A stretch of 64,000 nt of DNA from a virus (IMGVR_UViG_3300030029_000205); one strand, 5' to 3'; counted from the first letter of the stretch, positions 47,801-56,741 are shown. Numbers and translations: made by a program. Notes: a model not told the origin generated them from the letters alone.

Positions 47801-50800
47801 AACAGTTTCAGAGTTTACCACTGATGATACTAATGTAAAATCTAATACCTTATCTTTAGATACCTCTAAGGTAGCACCAGATAGTAAAGGTGCTTATGCT
47901 ATTGATGTATACACAGAAGATAATTGTAAAAACGAAAACAGCTGGTCAGATACTATATATGTAGATTACAAGCCCCCTTATAACTTATCTGCTACATCCA
48001 CCACACCAAAGAAAGAAAAGGGTGGAAATGTTTATTTTAACGAGGATGTTGCTTTATCTGTAAAGGCTGTAGACGATTATGTTGGTTTAAAGGGTTTTAA
48101 ACTTAATGGAAAAGAATCAACAACGGGTAAATATACTTTAACTACTGATGGGGAATACTCAATTACTGCTTATGATAAATTATATAATGAGTCAGGTAAG
48201 TATTCTTTACAGTCTTTATTAGGTTGGAGTGGAAATAATGTAGTCATTGATGATAGTAAACCTGTAATTTCAGCTCCAAGACCCTCAGGTGAGAGTTCTA
48301 TAAAGAAAAATTGGTATGGCAAAGATGTAGTTTATAATATCTCAGTATCCGACAACAAGGGTATAGATAATGCTTATGTTACTATCAATGGCGAAAAGGT
48401 TGATAGTTATTATACAGCTGAAACTAATGTTAAAAATATCAGTTTAAAGGCAGATACTTCTAAGGTTGGTGCTAACTCAGATGGTAGTTACAATATTAAA
48501 GTGTATGCTGAAGATAACGGTACTTTAAGTGCTGTATTTGAAGATACAATTTATATAGACACTACTAATCCTGTAGTTGCGAATTTTGGTATATTTGGAG
48601 ATATAAGTAGAACAGGAAAGACTGTCAATGGCGGTGGAAACTATGGTTTTTACTTTGATGGTAAAGGCTCTGTTCAGGTACAGGTAAAAGATGAGGGTAT
48701 CTCATCAGGTATTTACTCTATTTGGACAAAGTTAAATGGTCAAGATTGGGTAGAGCATAAGACAAATGGTGATACCGTTTGTTATGTTGATGTACCTGCT
48801 AATTATAAAGGTTTTGTTGAAGCTTATGTAGTTGATAATGTAGGTCATAAGAGTGGTGTAAATAAACCAGATGGTTTAGTATCAGAGACATCAACCGCCC
48901 ATAAGGGTAGTTCTAAGGTAGCAATTACCTTACCTAAGGAAGTAAGTTTCGATGAAAACAATGTGCCATTGTATAGTGGTAGTCTTACGACAGATGTATA
49001 TGTATCTTGTGATTGGTCTGGTTTAAAGAAGTTAGACTGGGGTATCAACAATACTACATATGGTACAATTACAGACTTCAGTAATGCATCTTCGTGGGAT
49101 AAAAACTTACCTTTAAGCTTTAATAGTAAGTTTAATTTAGATGGTAATGAAAGTTCTATGAAGTTTTGGGTAAGAATAACTGATAGAACTAACCATACTA
49201 CTGAGAATGATAGATTATTTAGTATAGACAAGGTAAAGCCTGTTATCTCAGTATCTTATAATACCACAGAGAGTAATAGTTATTACAATAAAGATAGAGT
49301 TGCAAACATTACGGTAACTGAGAGAAATTTTGATTCTTCTAAATTTGAAGTATCAGGAACAGCAGGAGTTCTTGGTAGTTGGTCAAGAAATGGAGATACT
49401 TGGTCAAATACTATGACATTTAGTGGTAATACTGATTACAAGTACACTTTGAGATGTACTGATAGAGCTAATAATGTTTCAGATGCTTATACAAGTGAGT
49501 CATTTACAGTAGATAAGGTAAATCCAACATTGTCTGTATCTTGGGATAATAACAGTGTTTTAAATGGTAATTATTACAAGTCTGCAAGAACTGCAACATT
49601 AACAGTAGTAGAGCATAATTTTGATGCATCTTTAATTAATGTTGCTAATGCTACTGTAAGTGGTTGGAGTAATAATGGTGATGTGCATACTGCTAATATT
49701 ACTTTCAATTCTGATGGGGAGTATGACTTTACTGTAAGTGGTAAAGATAAAGCAGGTAATAGCTTTGATTCTAATTATAAAAGTGGTACTTTTATAATTG
49801 ATACGGTAAAGCCTAATATAGAGATACTTGGTGTATCAAATGGTGTGTCTTATAAGAAGGATGTATCCATTAGGGTATCTTTAAGTGATAAGTATTTAAA
49901 TAGTGATAACATTTCTGTAAGATTGTACGGTAAGAACCATAAAGAAAAGTATTTAATCGGTGTAAGTGCAGGAAATACTATTACTTATTCATATGATGCT
50001 TTTCCAAAGGATAAGGATACTGACGATGTATATACATTGGAGGTAGTTGGAAGCGACCTTGCAGGAAACATCATGAAAGAGGAAAGGGTATTCTCTGTAA
50101 ATAGATTTGGTTCGGAATACAAATTTATAGAGGAAGGGTATCTCGGTAATTACTTAAATACTTCTAAAGATATTTCAATCTCAGAGTTAAATGTAGATAA
50201 GATTGATACATCTAAGGTTAAGTTTGTTGTAACTTTAAATGGTAAAAATATTGATATAGATTCCAAATATATTACTATTTCCGAAGAAGAGAAAGATGGT
50301 AGGTATTTATATACTTATACAATTAGTAAAGATGCCTTTACTGAGGACGGTAAATATGTTATTCAGGTATATTCAGAGTCTGATGATGGTACAGAATATA
50401 CAAGTGTAGCGGAAGAATATAATTTTGTAATAGATACTCAAAAACCAGTAATTCTTGTATCAGGTGTAGAAAGTAATAACATTTATCAGGATTATAATAG
50501 AAAAGTAACTGTGGATGTAAGAGACTTTTCTGGTGTAAAGAGTATTTCAGTAATTCTTAACGGTAAAGCTATTGAGTACACTGTTGAAGGTGATATGTAT
50601 GTATTTACAATACCTGAGAGTACTGATAGACAAAGTTTGGTAGTAAAAGTTACAGACCTTGCAGGAAATTCTAACGAAATAAAGGTGGATAATTTCCTTA
50701 TTTCTTCAAATACTTGGGTATATCTGATTAATCAGATTTGGTTTAAGGTATTAATAGTGTTAGTTGCTCTTGCAATTATAGGTTTGATAGTATTACTTAT

Positions 50801-51005
50801 TGTAAGAAAGCGTAAAGATATTAAAAATGAAGAGATGCTTGCTAAAGAGAATGAAAAGTATTACAAGAGTTCAGGTGCAAGTTCTTCAGGCAATTCTTTA
50901 GGTGATAAGGATGAAACAGAGTTAATGTCAAATGCTGATACCAATAAGGGTACTGATGTTGTAAACAATGATGATAATGATTCCAATACAGATATGCTTG
51001 AATAA
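44871..51005 (+). CDS. 2044-aa surface protein: signal peptide, many Ig-like/adhesin-type repeat modules, C-terminal TM anchor and acidic cytoplasmic tail
   Basis: RBS TTAGGAGG. Signal peptide MVNLNSTKCKLIAFLLAVMTVISMCTNAIA. Repeated ~290-aa modules (…DTDAPTDIVVD..PSNEKGGNVYF..., IDxNKPVIxAxRP...). TM VLIVLVALAIIGLIVLLIV followed by RKRKD and a D/N-rich tail. Confidence 0.85.
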   Translation: MVNLNSTKCKLIAFLLAVMTVISMCTNAIAVWGNDSKYGIKVLDESVIGRIDEEIDTGYIINGKTLQLDCSDCDWENISKIEVINEKNHKSKLTEKGILDVPKENGTYTVVITYKDGVSTKDEAVKTKSTADEAVKEVSFPLKDITSFSTVKYDKYGTKIYSVYIGRNLMSEGSWLTDKVATISINTNLPKDEMVKTKVLLNGNEAITELKDKKIYVQRKNVSLQRENKLEVYITNLYGTEFSYTLNFKFDNTNVKVSDAEISGKTAYLEDTLLAEKGATVNVPVDSGDLSISSVEVLKEDELYANSNTFKLNDEGYYSIRVTKESGKVSVFNLFDGKKVVFDTESPKLVSSKYNDADFDTDSWYNKEGVLSFIAKDNIALSKNYTLVVNGKDYTCDIKELEDDTYSYNIDTTLWDKNEEGIYKIALTAEDLMGNELNISTVLKLDTIKPSYHGVTVESDSQIDNVYYFKDEITLKGQFSDKGSGVKTVSYKDTDDEDFKEISLPFKTKGQGTFKVEDVAGNISTYTTGELLTLLGVSPYVVDDDNPVIVRNSLDVPYTKDGEDYLSKKPILTYKVTDSNMKSVDFYINGVLQDSTYNVNDLYQFSTNGISDGKNTVKVVATDKANHVSEDVYSFVLDKSAPKNIQVKADKPTNEKQGNVYYQEDLNVNISAEDKTSGIKYYSLNGNNTDKGNFTITEDGSYKFNVYDNLGNNIGNTPLSDYTGWDGNNIVIDRNNPVIEAKRPEGSKDDWFDKNVVYNVSISDDKGINSAYITINGIKVATFETDKTDVKTATLSADTSLVKPNYDGSYDIKVYTEDNSKRNASWSDKVYIDTDAPTDIVVDCETPSNEKGGNVYFKNSFYIQVSASDDYAGISKYYLNDTEVNDSGRFLIEANGSYTVSVEDKMGNKSKPITLQELLGWQGNNIVIDGNKPVFDASRPNGEDTENKNWYKKDVVYSVKITDDEGINFAYMKVNGLTVSEFTTDDTNVKSNTLSLDTSKVAPDSKGAYAIDVYTEDNCKNENSWSDTIYVDYKPPYNLSATSTTPKKEKGGNVYFNEDVALSVKAVDDYVGLKGFKLNGKESTTGKYTLTTDGEYSITAYDKLYNESGKYSLQSLLGWSGNNVVIDDSKPVISAPRPSGESSIKKNWYGKDVVYNISVSDNKGIDNAYVTINGEKVDSYYTAETNVKNISLKADTSKVGANSDGSYNIKVYAEDNGTLSAVFEDTIYIDTTNPVVANFGIFGDISRTGKTVNGGGNYGFYFDGKGSVQVQVKDEGISSGIYSIWTKLNGQDWVEHKTNGDTVCYVDVPANYKGFVEAYVVDNVGHKSGVNKPDGLVSETSTAHKGSSKVAITLPKEVSFDENNVPLYSGSLTTDVYVSCDWSGLKKLDWGINNTTYGTITDFSNASSWDKNLPLSFNSKFNLDGNESSMKFWVRITDRTNHTTENDRLFSIDKVKPVISVSYNTTESNSYYNKDRVANITVTERNFDSSKFEVSGTAGVLGSWSRNGDTWSNTMTFSGNTDYKYTLRCTDRANNVSDAYTSESFTVDKVNPTLSVSWDNNSVLNGNYYKSARTATLTVVEHNFDASLINVANATVSGWSNNGDVHTANITFNSDGEYDFTVSGKDKAGNSFDSNYKSGTFIIDTVKPNIEILGVSNGVSYKKDVSIRVSLSDKYLNSDNISVRLYGKNHKEKYLIGVSAGNTITYSYDAFPKDKDTDDVYTLEVVGSDLAGNIMKEERVFSVNRFGSEYKFIEEGYLGNYLNTSKDISISELNVDKIDTSKVKFVVTLNGKNIDIDSKYITISEEEKDGRYLYTYTISKDAFTEDGKYVIQVYSESDDGTEYTSVAEEYNFVIDTQKPVILVSGVESNNIYQDYNRKVTVDVRDFSGVKSISVILNGKAIEYTVEGDMYVFTIPESTDRQSLVVKVTDLAGNSNEIKVDNFLISSNTWVYLINQIWFKVLIVLVALAIIGLIVLLIVRKRKDIKNEEMLAKENEKYYKSSGASSSGNSLGDKDETELMSNADTNKGTDVVNNDDNDSNTDMLE

Positions 51006-51021
51006 GTCATAAGGTATTAGA

Positions 51022-51061
51022 AAGGGTAAAGCTTATTAAGGCTTTACCCTTTTATTTTTTG
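51022..51061 (+). terminator. intrinsic terminator (AAGGGTAAAGC-ttattaag-GCTTTACCCTT + TTATTTTTT)
   Basis: 11-bp stem plus long T-tract after the giant surface-protein gene. Confidence 0.75.
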
Positions 51062-51137
51062 ATATTTTATTAAGAAAATTATTTTGGTAATAGTTTTATA
51101 TGAGGGAAAGATTAAGCTTTTATTTAATAGGAAATAC

Positions 51138-51166
51138 TTGCAAAATATTAAGAAATATTGTAAAAT
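51138..51166 (+). promoter_or_regulatory. promoter (GGAAATAC)TTGCAA-N17-TAAAAT upstream of sigma factor gene
   Basis: Hexamers and spacing, plus the shared GGAAtACaTTGCAA upstream motif. Confidence 0.55.
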
Positions 51167-51200
51167 AGTATCATAAAATAAAAGTTGGAGGTAAATTACA

Positions 51201-51770
51201 ATGAAAGCAGGTTTATATACAAGAGAAATTAGAAGGTATTTAGAAAACAGAACTGATGAGGGTAGAAACAGATTACTGTTAGTTTTTATTCCCTTTATTG
51301 ATAATATAGCAGAGTCTTACATATCGGATAATAAGGGTATCATTACTGAAGTTGAAGACTTTAAGCAGACTTTATATGTATGTACTATGGAGTTTATTGA
51401 AAATTATAACTACTTGGCAACTAACAGTGTATCTACATTTAAACAACGCTTGGAAAAGCATTTAAATGCTGACATTAACAGGTATGTTAAGAGTTTAAAT
51501 AGAAATTTAGAAGTAGCAGTATGGTTTGATACTGATAAAAATGACTTTGATTTTATTAAAGCTTATGAAGATGAGTTTGCTTTTAAGGAGTTAGTAAAAG
51601 CATTAGAGTATTTGACTCCCAGAGAGAAGCAGATTATAATGTGGAGGTATTTTGATTGTTTTACTCTTGACAAGATAGCAGATTATTATAATATCTCAAG
51701 AAATAGAGTTAAAATGATTATAGATAAAGCAATTTTTAAATTACAAAAATATACAAAGGTGCTTGTATAA
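51201..51770 (+). CDS. sigma-70-family (ECF-like/phage) sigma factor
   Basis: Region 4: EYLTPREKQIIMWRYFDCFTLDKIADYYNISRNRVKMIIDKAIFKLQK. Promoter AGGAAATACTTGCAA-N17-TAAAAT at 51138-51166. Confidence 0.75.
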   Translation: MKAGLYTREIRRYLENRTDEGRNRLLLVFIPFIDNIAESYISDNKGIITEVEDFKQTLYVCTMEFIENYNYLATNSVSTFKQRLEKHLNADINRYVKSLNRNLEVAVWFDTDKNDFDFIKAYEDEFAFKELVKALEYLTPREKQIIMWRYFDCFTLDKIADYYNISRNRVKMIIDKAIFKLQKYTKVLV

Positions 51771-51783
51771 AAAGGAGGAAGTT

Positions 51784-52104
51784 ATGAAAGGGTATTATCT
51801 AAATTTACATAATAGAGATTGTTTTCTCATTACAAACCAGCAGAGAAAGACTGATAAATTGGTTTTAAAGTTTTTAAATGCTTTGAAGTGTATTACCAAT
51901 GATGATAGATTTACACCCTATTATGAGGTGTTGTATAAGGCTAAAAGTTGTATGCAACCAGCAACTATAGAAGAGCGTGTTATTGTTAATGGTAGATTTG
52001 CGGGTTTAAAATACTTGGTAGTCAGTGGTAATGATTTCGGTTGTACTTCATCACCAAGTTTAAATCCCTATGCAGAATTTATTGTAGTAAAGGATGAAGA
52101 TTAA
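51784..52104 (+). CDS. hypothetical protein
   Basis: ATG after AAAAGGAGGAAG. Confidence 0.6.
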   Translation: MKGYYLNLHNRDCFLITNQQRKTDKLVLKFLNALKCITNDDRFTPYYEVLYKAKSCMQPATIEERVIVNGRFAGLKYLVVSGNDFGCTSSPSLNPYAEFIVVKDED

Positions 52105-52106
52105 TA

Positions 52107-53165
52107 ATGGAAAAGAAGAAAACAGCAGCAGATATTTTAATTGAGGCTTTTTTAAAGGATGTTGACGAAAGAGGTACAATGCCTTGGCAGAGACCATATG
52201 AGAGATATAATGCTTTTAATTGGTATACAAAGAAAGCTTACAGAGGATTTAATAGACTTCTCTTACCATTTGGAGAGTATCTTACAAAAAACCAAATAAC
52301 TAAGTATAATGCTGAGAAAGGGTATATTGAATTATACGAAAATGGTAGGTTGAAAAATATAACTCCTCAGGCTTACTATATGCAGAAGGGTATTAAGTGG
52401 TTACCAGTAGTATTTTTTAAGGTGGATAAGAAATCAAGTAGCAGGGAAGAAATAGCTGAAAACTTTCCTGACTTTGATAAGTTTAATTCAGATGAAATTG
52501 CTTATGCAGGAAGAAAGAACGGATACTTATATTATGTTGAAAAGGGTAAATGTATTAAATCCCGAAACATTTTAAGATATTATGATGTAGCTGACAGGAA
52601 GCATTTCAGAAATGCTAATGGTGACTATCTACCATCCAGAATTGAAACAGGTGAGGTAGAGATAACTAAATCTGATGCTAAAGAAGTAATGGATAATTAC
52701 ATAAACCTTTCAGGTGTAAAGGTAGATTATAAGAATTATGGCACTCCTTGTTATGTACCAGAGTGGGATTTGGTTAGATTAAATCCTCTTACTAAATCTG
52801 AAGATGCTTGGTTTTCCACTGCATTTCACGAATTGGCTCATAGTACAGGGGCAGCATCAAGGTTGAACAGAAAGGGTGTTGTCTCACCAAGTGTAATGAG
52901 AGAATCTACATATGCTGTAGAAGAGTGTATTGCTGAAATCACAGCTTGTCTATGTTGTGCAGAGACAGGTATTTCAGATTTTGAGACCTCTTGTTCTGAG
53001 GAGTATGATAACAGTGTATCATATGTTCAGGCTTGGAAGAAAAGAGTAAAAGACTGGGGTAAAAATTTTATTTACATTGTATCTCAGGCTGATAAGGCTT
53101 TCAATATGATATGTGGTGCACCTGACAGTGTTGCACTTGATGAGGATGGTCAGGAAATAGAATAA
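52107..53165 (+). CDS. ardC: ArdC-like antirestriction protein (ssDNA-binding N-domain plus zincin-like metalloprotease C-domain)
   Basis: N-terminal MPWQRPY...KAYRGFNRLLL (ArdC-N). C-terminal FHELAHSTGAASRLNR (HExxH followed by a RLNR-type motif). Confidence 0.7.
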   Translation: MEKKKTAADILIEAFLKDVDERGTMPWQRPYERYNAFNWYTKKAYRGFNRLLLPFGEYLTKNQITKYNAEKGYIELYENGRLKNITPQAYYMQKGIKWLPVVFFKVDKKSSSREEIAENFPDFDKFNSDEIAYAGRKNGYLYYVEKGKCIKSRNILRYYDVADRKHFRNANGDYLPSRIETGEVEITKSDAKEVMDNYINLSGVKVDYKNYGTPCYVPEWDLVRLNPLTKSEDAWFSTAFHELAHSTGAASRLNRKGVVSPSVMRESTYAVEECIAEITACLCCAETGISDFETSCSEEYDNSVSYVQAWKKRVKDWGKNFIYIVSQADKAFNMICGAPDSVALDEDGQEIE

Positions 53166-53222
53166 AAGGTTGATTTTAAGAATAGTAAGTATAGGGTACT
53201 ATATTAATTCAAGGAGTTTATT

Positions 53223-53612
53223 ATGACAATATTTCAGTATTTAAAATGTATGGGTAAAATTGAGGACTTTGTTAAAAGGGTTTATGAGAAGTCACAGTCA
53301 AGGAACTGGTGGGTATTTGAAACACCTGAGTGGTCTTTTGTAGACGGGAAAGAAAAGGTTCTGATAAAAGGTAAGAAGTACAATTTATCCAACATCTTGT
53401 GTAACGATGTGACTTCTGCGGAGTTAAAAAGTATGACGGATAAAGTGTTGGATTTGATAGCGACTAAGAAGGGTTTAAATAAGAGTACCATCGCTAAAAT
53501 AAAGGTAACAGGTGTATCTGTTTATATATATATTTTGAAGGTGAAGATGAAAACGATTGGAGAAGTGGAAAATATTATACTCTTAGTGACATATATGATA
53601 TGTGTGAACTAA
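53223..53612 (+). CDS. hypothetical protein
   Basis: RBS AAGGAG. Confidence 0.6.
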   Translation: MTIFQYLKCMGKIEDFVKRVYEKSQSRNWWVFETPEWSFVDGKEKVLIKGKKYNLSNILCNDVTSAELKSMTDKVLDLIATKKGLNKSTIAKIKVTGVSVYIYILKVKMKTIGEVENIILLVTYMICVN

Positions 53613-54379
53613 AAAAGCCAGTGAAATCAGATAACCCTTTCAAAGAGTATCAGATTGTTGATAAAGGTACTGGTATGGTGATAAATCCAGAATGGGTAGC
53701 ACTAAATGCTACCTCAATACTTTCTGAGTTAAAATATCAGGGTTTTGAGTTGTTATTAAAACAACATATAATTTCGAGGGAAGGTAAGGAAGAGTATTAT
53801 TACCTTTTGGTGCATAAAGCAGGGGTAATAGTGACTTTAAATGACATAAAAGGGTTCTATCCTAAACTAAAAGGTAGTATGTTCATTATATGTAACGGTA
53901 ACTCTAAAAATCTTCACTCTATCCTCAAAGAATGGGATGGAGGCGGAAACTGTTTTAGAAAGAACATATATTTAGGTATTACAAATGAACTAAGAAAAGC
54001 GTATGATTTGTCAGACGTAAAGTGGGTATGTGAACTTTCAGATAGTAGTGTATTATCCTCTTTTTGTATATACAGTGGAGCGGATTGTTTAGAGTATTTA
54101 GGAGGTTCTATAAGAGAGGAAAAAGGTGGTGACAATAAATGCTATATGTTAGACGACGCTTTTAGTAGTGTTGAGTTAAGTATGTTTTGTAGCTATTATG
54201 AAAATATGGTTATTTTTAATAAAATCTCTCAAAACAAGTTAAAAGTACCAGTAAGAGAATTTAACAAGTGTTATAACGATAGAATAGCAGCCTTTAAAGA
54301 AAAGTACCCCTCTGAGTGTTATCTTATGTCAGAGTGTGCTAAAAGAATAGACGAGGCTTATGGGGTAACTAATAAATAA
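53600..54379 (+). CDS. hypothetical protein
   Basis: 259-aa ORF overlapping the previous gene. Confidence 0.65.
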   Translation: MCELKKPVKSDNPFKEYQIVDKGTGMVINPEWVALNATSILSELKYQGFELLLKQHIISREGKEEYYYLLVHKAGVIVTLNDIKGFYPKLKGSMFIICNGNSKNLHSILKEWDGGGNCFRKNIYLGITNELRKAYDLSDVKWVCELSDSSVLSSFCIYSGADCLEYLGGSIREEKGGDNKCYMLDDAFSSVELSMFCSYYENMVIFNKISQNKLKVPVREFNKCYNDRIAAFKEKYPSECYLMSECAKRIDEAYGVTNK

Positions 54380-54433
54380 TTCTATTTTAAGATTTGTAAA
54401 AAACTTGTCTAAAAAAATATTTGTATTTGAGTT

Positions 54434-54461
54434 TCAATGTATATTAAAATATATACATTGA
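54434..54461. promoter_or_regulatory. perfect 11-bp inverted repeat TCAATGTATAT-taaaat-ATATACATTGA (candidate operator) in promoter region
   Basis: Palindrome centred on a TAAAAT -10-like hexamer. Preceded by TTGTAT about 18 nt upstream. Confidence 0.4.
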
Positions 54462-54647
54462 AAATTTGAGGTAGTTTGTATAAATAAAAAGGAGAATAGT
54501 ATGGATATTTTACTTTATTTAGATAGAATGTGTAAAATTGAGGAATACCTTACAAGAGAATTAGGGTATTCTAAGTCAAGAGATTGAGAATTTTCAAACC
54601 TGAATAGAATAAAGGTTGGAAAGAAGTATTATAAGGTTCCAAGTATC

Positions 54648-55979
54648 TTGCAGGAGAATGTTTCTGATAGGGAATTGCGTAAGCAGTCGAGTTATGTAAT
54701 TTCAAAGATTGCAAAATTAAGAAAGATTCCTACATCCAATATTATAAGTATGGAAGTAACCAGAAATGGTATTAAACTAAAAGTAAAGGGTAAAGGAACT
54801 GTATTTGTAAACCTAAACAGTTTGATGGTTACATTTAATAAGGATATTCCGTATGCTTTACCTTTTCCAGGTCAGTCTTTTATAGATGATACAGATGAGA
54901 ATAATCTTTTTGCAACTCTGAATTATTTGAAGGCTTATGGCTTTGAACAAATCTTTACAAAAACTATAGATTACAGTGGAATGCTTAATGATTATTATAT
55001 GTATGCTAACAAGATTGGTGTTATTATTGTAGTCAATAAGGTTAAGTACAAAGATTCAAATATAAGTAATATCAAAGGGTATGCTTTTCTGTTTGGAAAA
55101 AAGAAGTATAACTTTGAAGCTAAAGATTTAATTGATGATTACGGAACTGTTATTGAAGATAGAGATGGTTGTCTTGTTATAAATCTTGGTGCTATGTTTA
55201 CTAATGATATGAATGATTTTTGCAGAGGTACTAACTTTGAGTTTTATGGGTTAAGAGACTTAAGTAATGAGCAGATAGCAATCTTTAGTAGATACGCTCA
55301 TTTCAGTAGTATGAGTAATATACCTGCCGAGTTAATAAGAATTAAAACTATTGTAGAAGAGTCTGTACCGACTGAAAATATAACACAGATATGTTGTGAC
55401 CCCTATTTAATGGATTATAGTAAAGTATTGCAACTCAACAAGGTATTTAATGATGTTACAAATAGTACAAAGGATGATGATTATAGAAATCTGCTTAATT
55501 GTATCTATGTGTATAGTAGATATCTTTATACTAAGTATAAATTAAAGCATCCTAATAATTTTTATATCTTGGGAGAATGTTCAGGTTTAATTGATAATAT
55601 TTATTACGATGGCAAGGTAAAGATAGATGTTTCTAATCTTATTCCAAGTAAATTAAAGTATGTTTTGAGGCACGATGATTTTGATTGTTATTATTTGTTG
55701 TTTAATAAGGATGTAGGAACAAAGTTAGTGGATAGGGTACTTCTTGAATTTAAATCCTTTACTCAACGAGATAGAATTGATTGTAAGGTAGTTGTTAATG
55801 AGGACAATTTGTATGATATGTTTTCCGAGTTATGTCCTTATGGTTTAAGAGGTCTTATTCTTTATATTAATAGTAGTGGTTCTGTTGTAGCATACAAGTG
55901 TCAGTTTGGTTATATTAATGTTTTTGATGCTAATATGTTTAGTTGGGAGGTAGTTAAAAATGACAGCATCTACCGTTGA
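54648..55979 (+). CDS. hypothetical protein; same frame as upstream 28-codon ORF 54501-54587, separated only by an in-frame TGA
   Basis: No RBS of its own. Strong RBS AAAAGGAG sits in front of ATG 54501, whose frame runs MDILLYLDRMCKIEEYLTRELGYSKSRD-TGA-EFSNLNRIKVGKKYYKVPSILQENVSDREL... Confidence 0.65.
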   Translation: MQENVSDRELRKQSSYVISKIAKLRKIPTSNIISMEVTRNGIKLKVKGKGTVFVNLNSLMVTFNKDIPYALPFPGQSFIDDTDENNLFATLNYLKAYGFEQIFTKTIDYSGMLNDYYMYANKIGVIIVVNKVKYKDSNISNIKGYAFLFGKKKYNFEAKDLIDDYGTVIEDRDGCLVINLGAMFTNDMNDFCRGTNFEFYGLRDLSNEQIAIFSRYAHFSSMSNIPAELIRIKTIVEESVPTENITQICCDPYLMDYSKVLQLNKVFNDVTNSTKDDDYRNLLNCIYVYSRYLYTKYKLKHPNNFYILGECSGLIDNIYYDGKVKIDVSNLIPSKLKYVLRHDDFDCYYLLFNKDVGTKLVDRVLLEFKSFTQRDRIDCKVVVNEDNLYDMFSELCPYGLRGLILYINSSGSVVAYKCQFGYINVFDANMFSWEVVKNDSIYR

Positions 55980-56628
55980 GAGATATCACAAAGGTGCTTT
56001 ATTTCTTACAGGTAAAGGAAAGATTGTACTTTATTGTGGTAATTCTCCTAAGACTGGTGAAAAGACCTATCTTTGGGTAGATAATGCAATCTATTCTGAA
56101 GAGAATGGTAATTACAATATTGTAAATTGGGATATTATTCGCTCAAGGTTATTTGAAAACATAGACTTGTTGATATCAAGGGGTACTACAATTATGTTAA
56201 AGGAGACTCCATATTCTTTAAAGCTGTTTTTAGGTTACATACAGCAACAGAGTCCTACTTTAGTAAATTTTCTTAGCGGTTTTAAAGATGTTAAGACTTC
56301 TACAAATACAATCGAAGGTTTCAAACCAGGGTATTTGTACAAGAAGATAAAAACTGGAGAAACCTATGTATATTTGGGGAATTTAGTTGTATCGATAAAT
56401 AGTAGGTATAGAGTTAAAGGCGGAGTTCGTAAGGTACATTTGTTTATGTACTATACTAAGGGTGATGCATATTATTACGATTTTGAAGATGTCCTCAATT
56501 CAAGATTGGGTTTTGGGTATGACGGTAACTTTTCAATTAACTTCAAAAAGAGTGATGTTGAAGAAGTAGGTAAGGTTATTGATGAAAAATTCATACCTAT
56601 TGATAAAGAAAAGGTACTACATCTTTAA
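55960..56628 (+). CDS. hypothetical protein
   Basis: Overlaps the upstream gene. RBS GGGAGG. Confidence 0.7.
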   Translation: MTASTVERYHKGALFLTGKGKIVLYCGNSPKTGEKTYLWVDNAIYSEENGNYNIVNWDIIRSRLFENIDLLISRGTTIMLKETPYSLKLFLGYIQQQSPTLVNFLSGFKDVKTSTNTIEGFKPGYLYKKIKTGETYVYLGNLVVSINSRYRVKGGVRKVHLFMYYTKGDAYYYDFEDVLNSRLGFGYDGNFSINFKKSDVEEVGKVIDEKFIPIDKEKVLHL

Positions 56629-56634
56629 ATGAAG

Positions 56635-56668
56635 GAGGGTAATCTTAGTATTACCCTCTTATATTTTG
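56635..56668 (+). terminator. intrinsic terminator (GAGGGTAAT-cttag-ATTACCCTC + TTATATTTTG)
   Basis: 9-bp stem plus T-rich tail. Confidence 0.65.
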
Positions 56669-56682
56669 TATGTAAGAATATA

Positions 56683-56711
56683 TTGTAGTTTATTGTAATA
56701 TATGGTAAAAT
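56683..56711 (+). promoter_or_regulatory. promoter TTGTAG-N17(…TGG)-TAAAAT
   Basis: Hexamers and spacing. After the terminator at 56635-56668. Confidence 0.5.
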
Positions 56712-56741
56712 ATTAATATAAAACAAAAGGGGGTAAATAGT

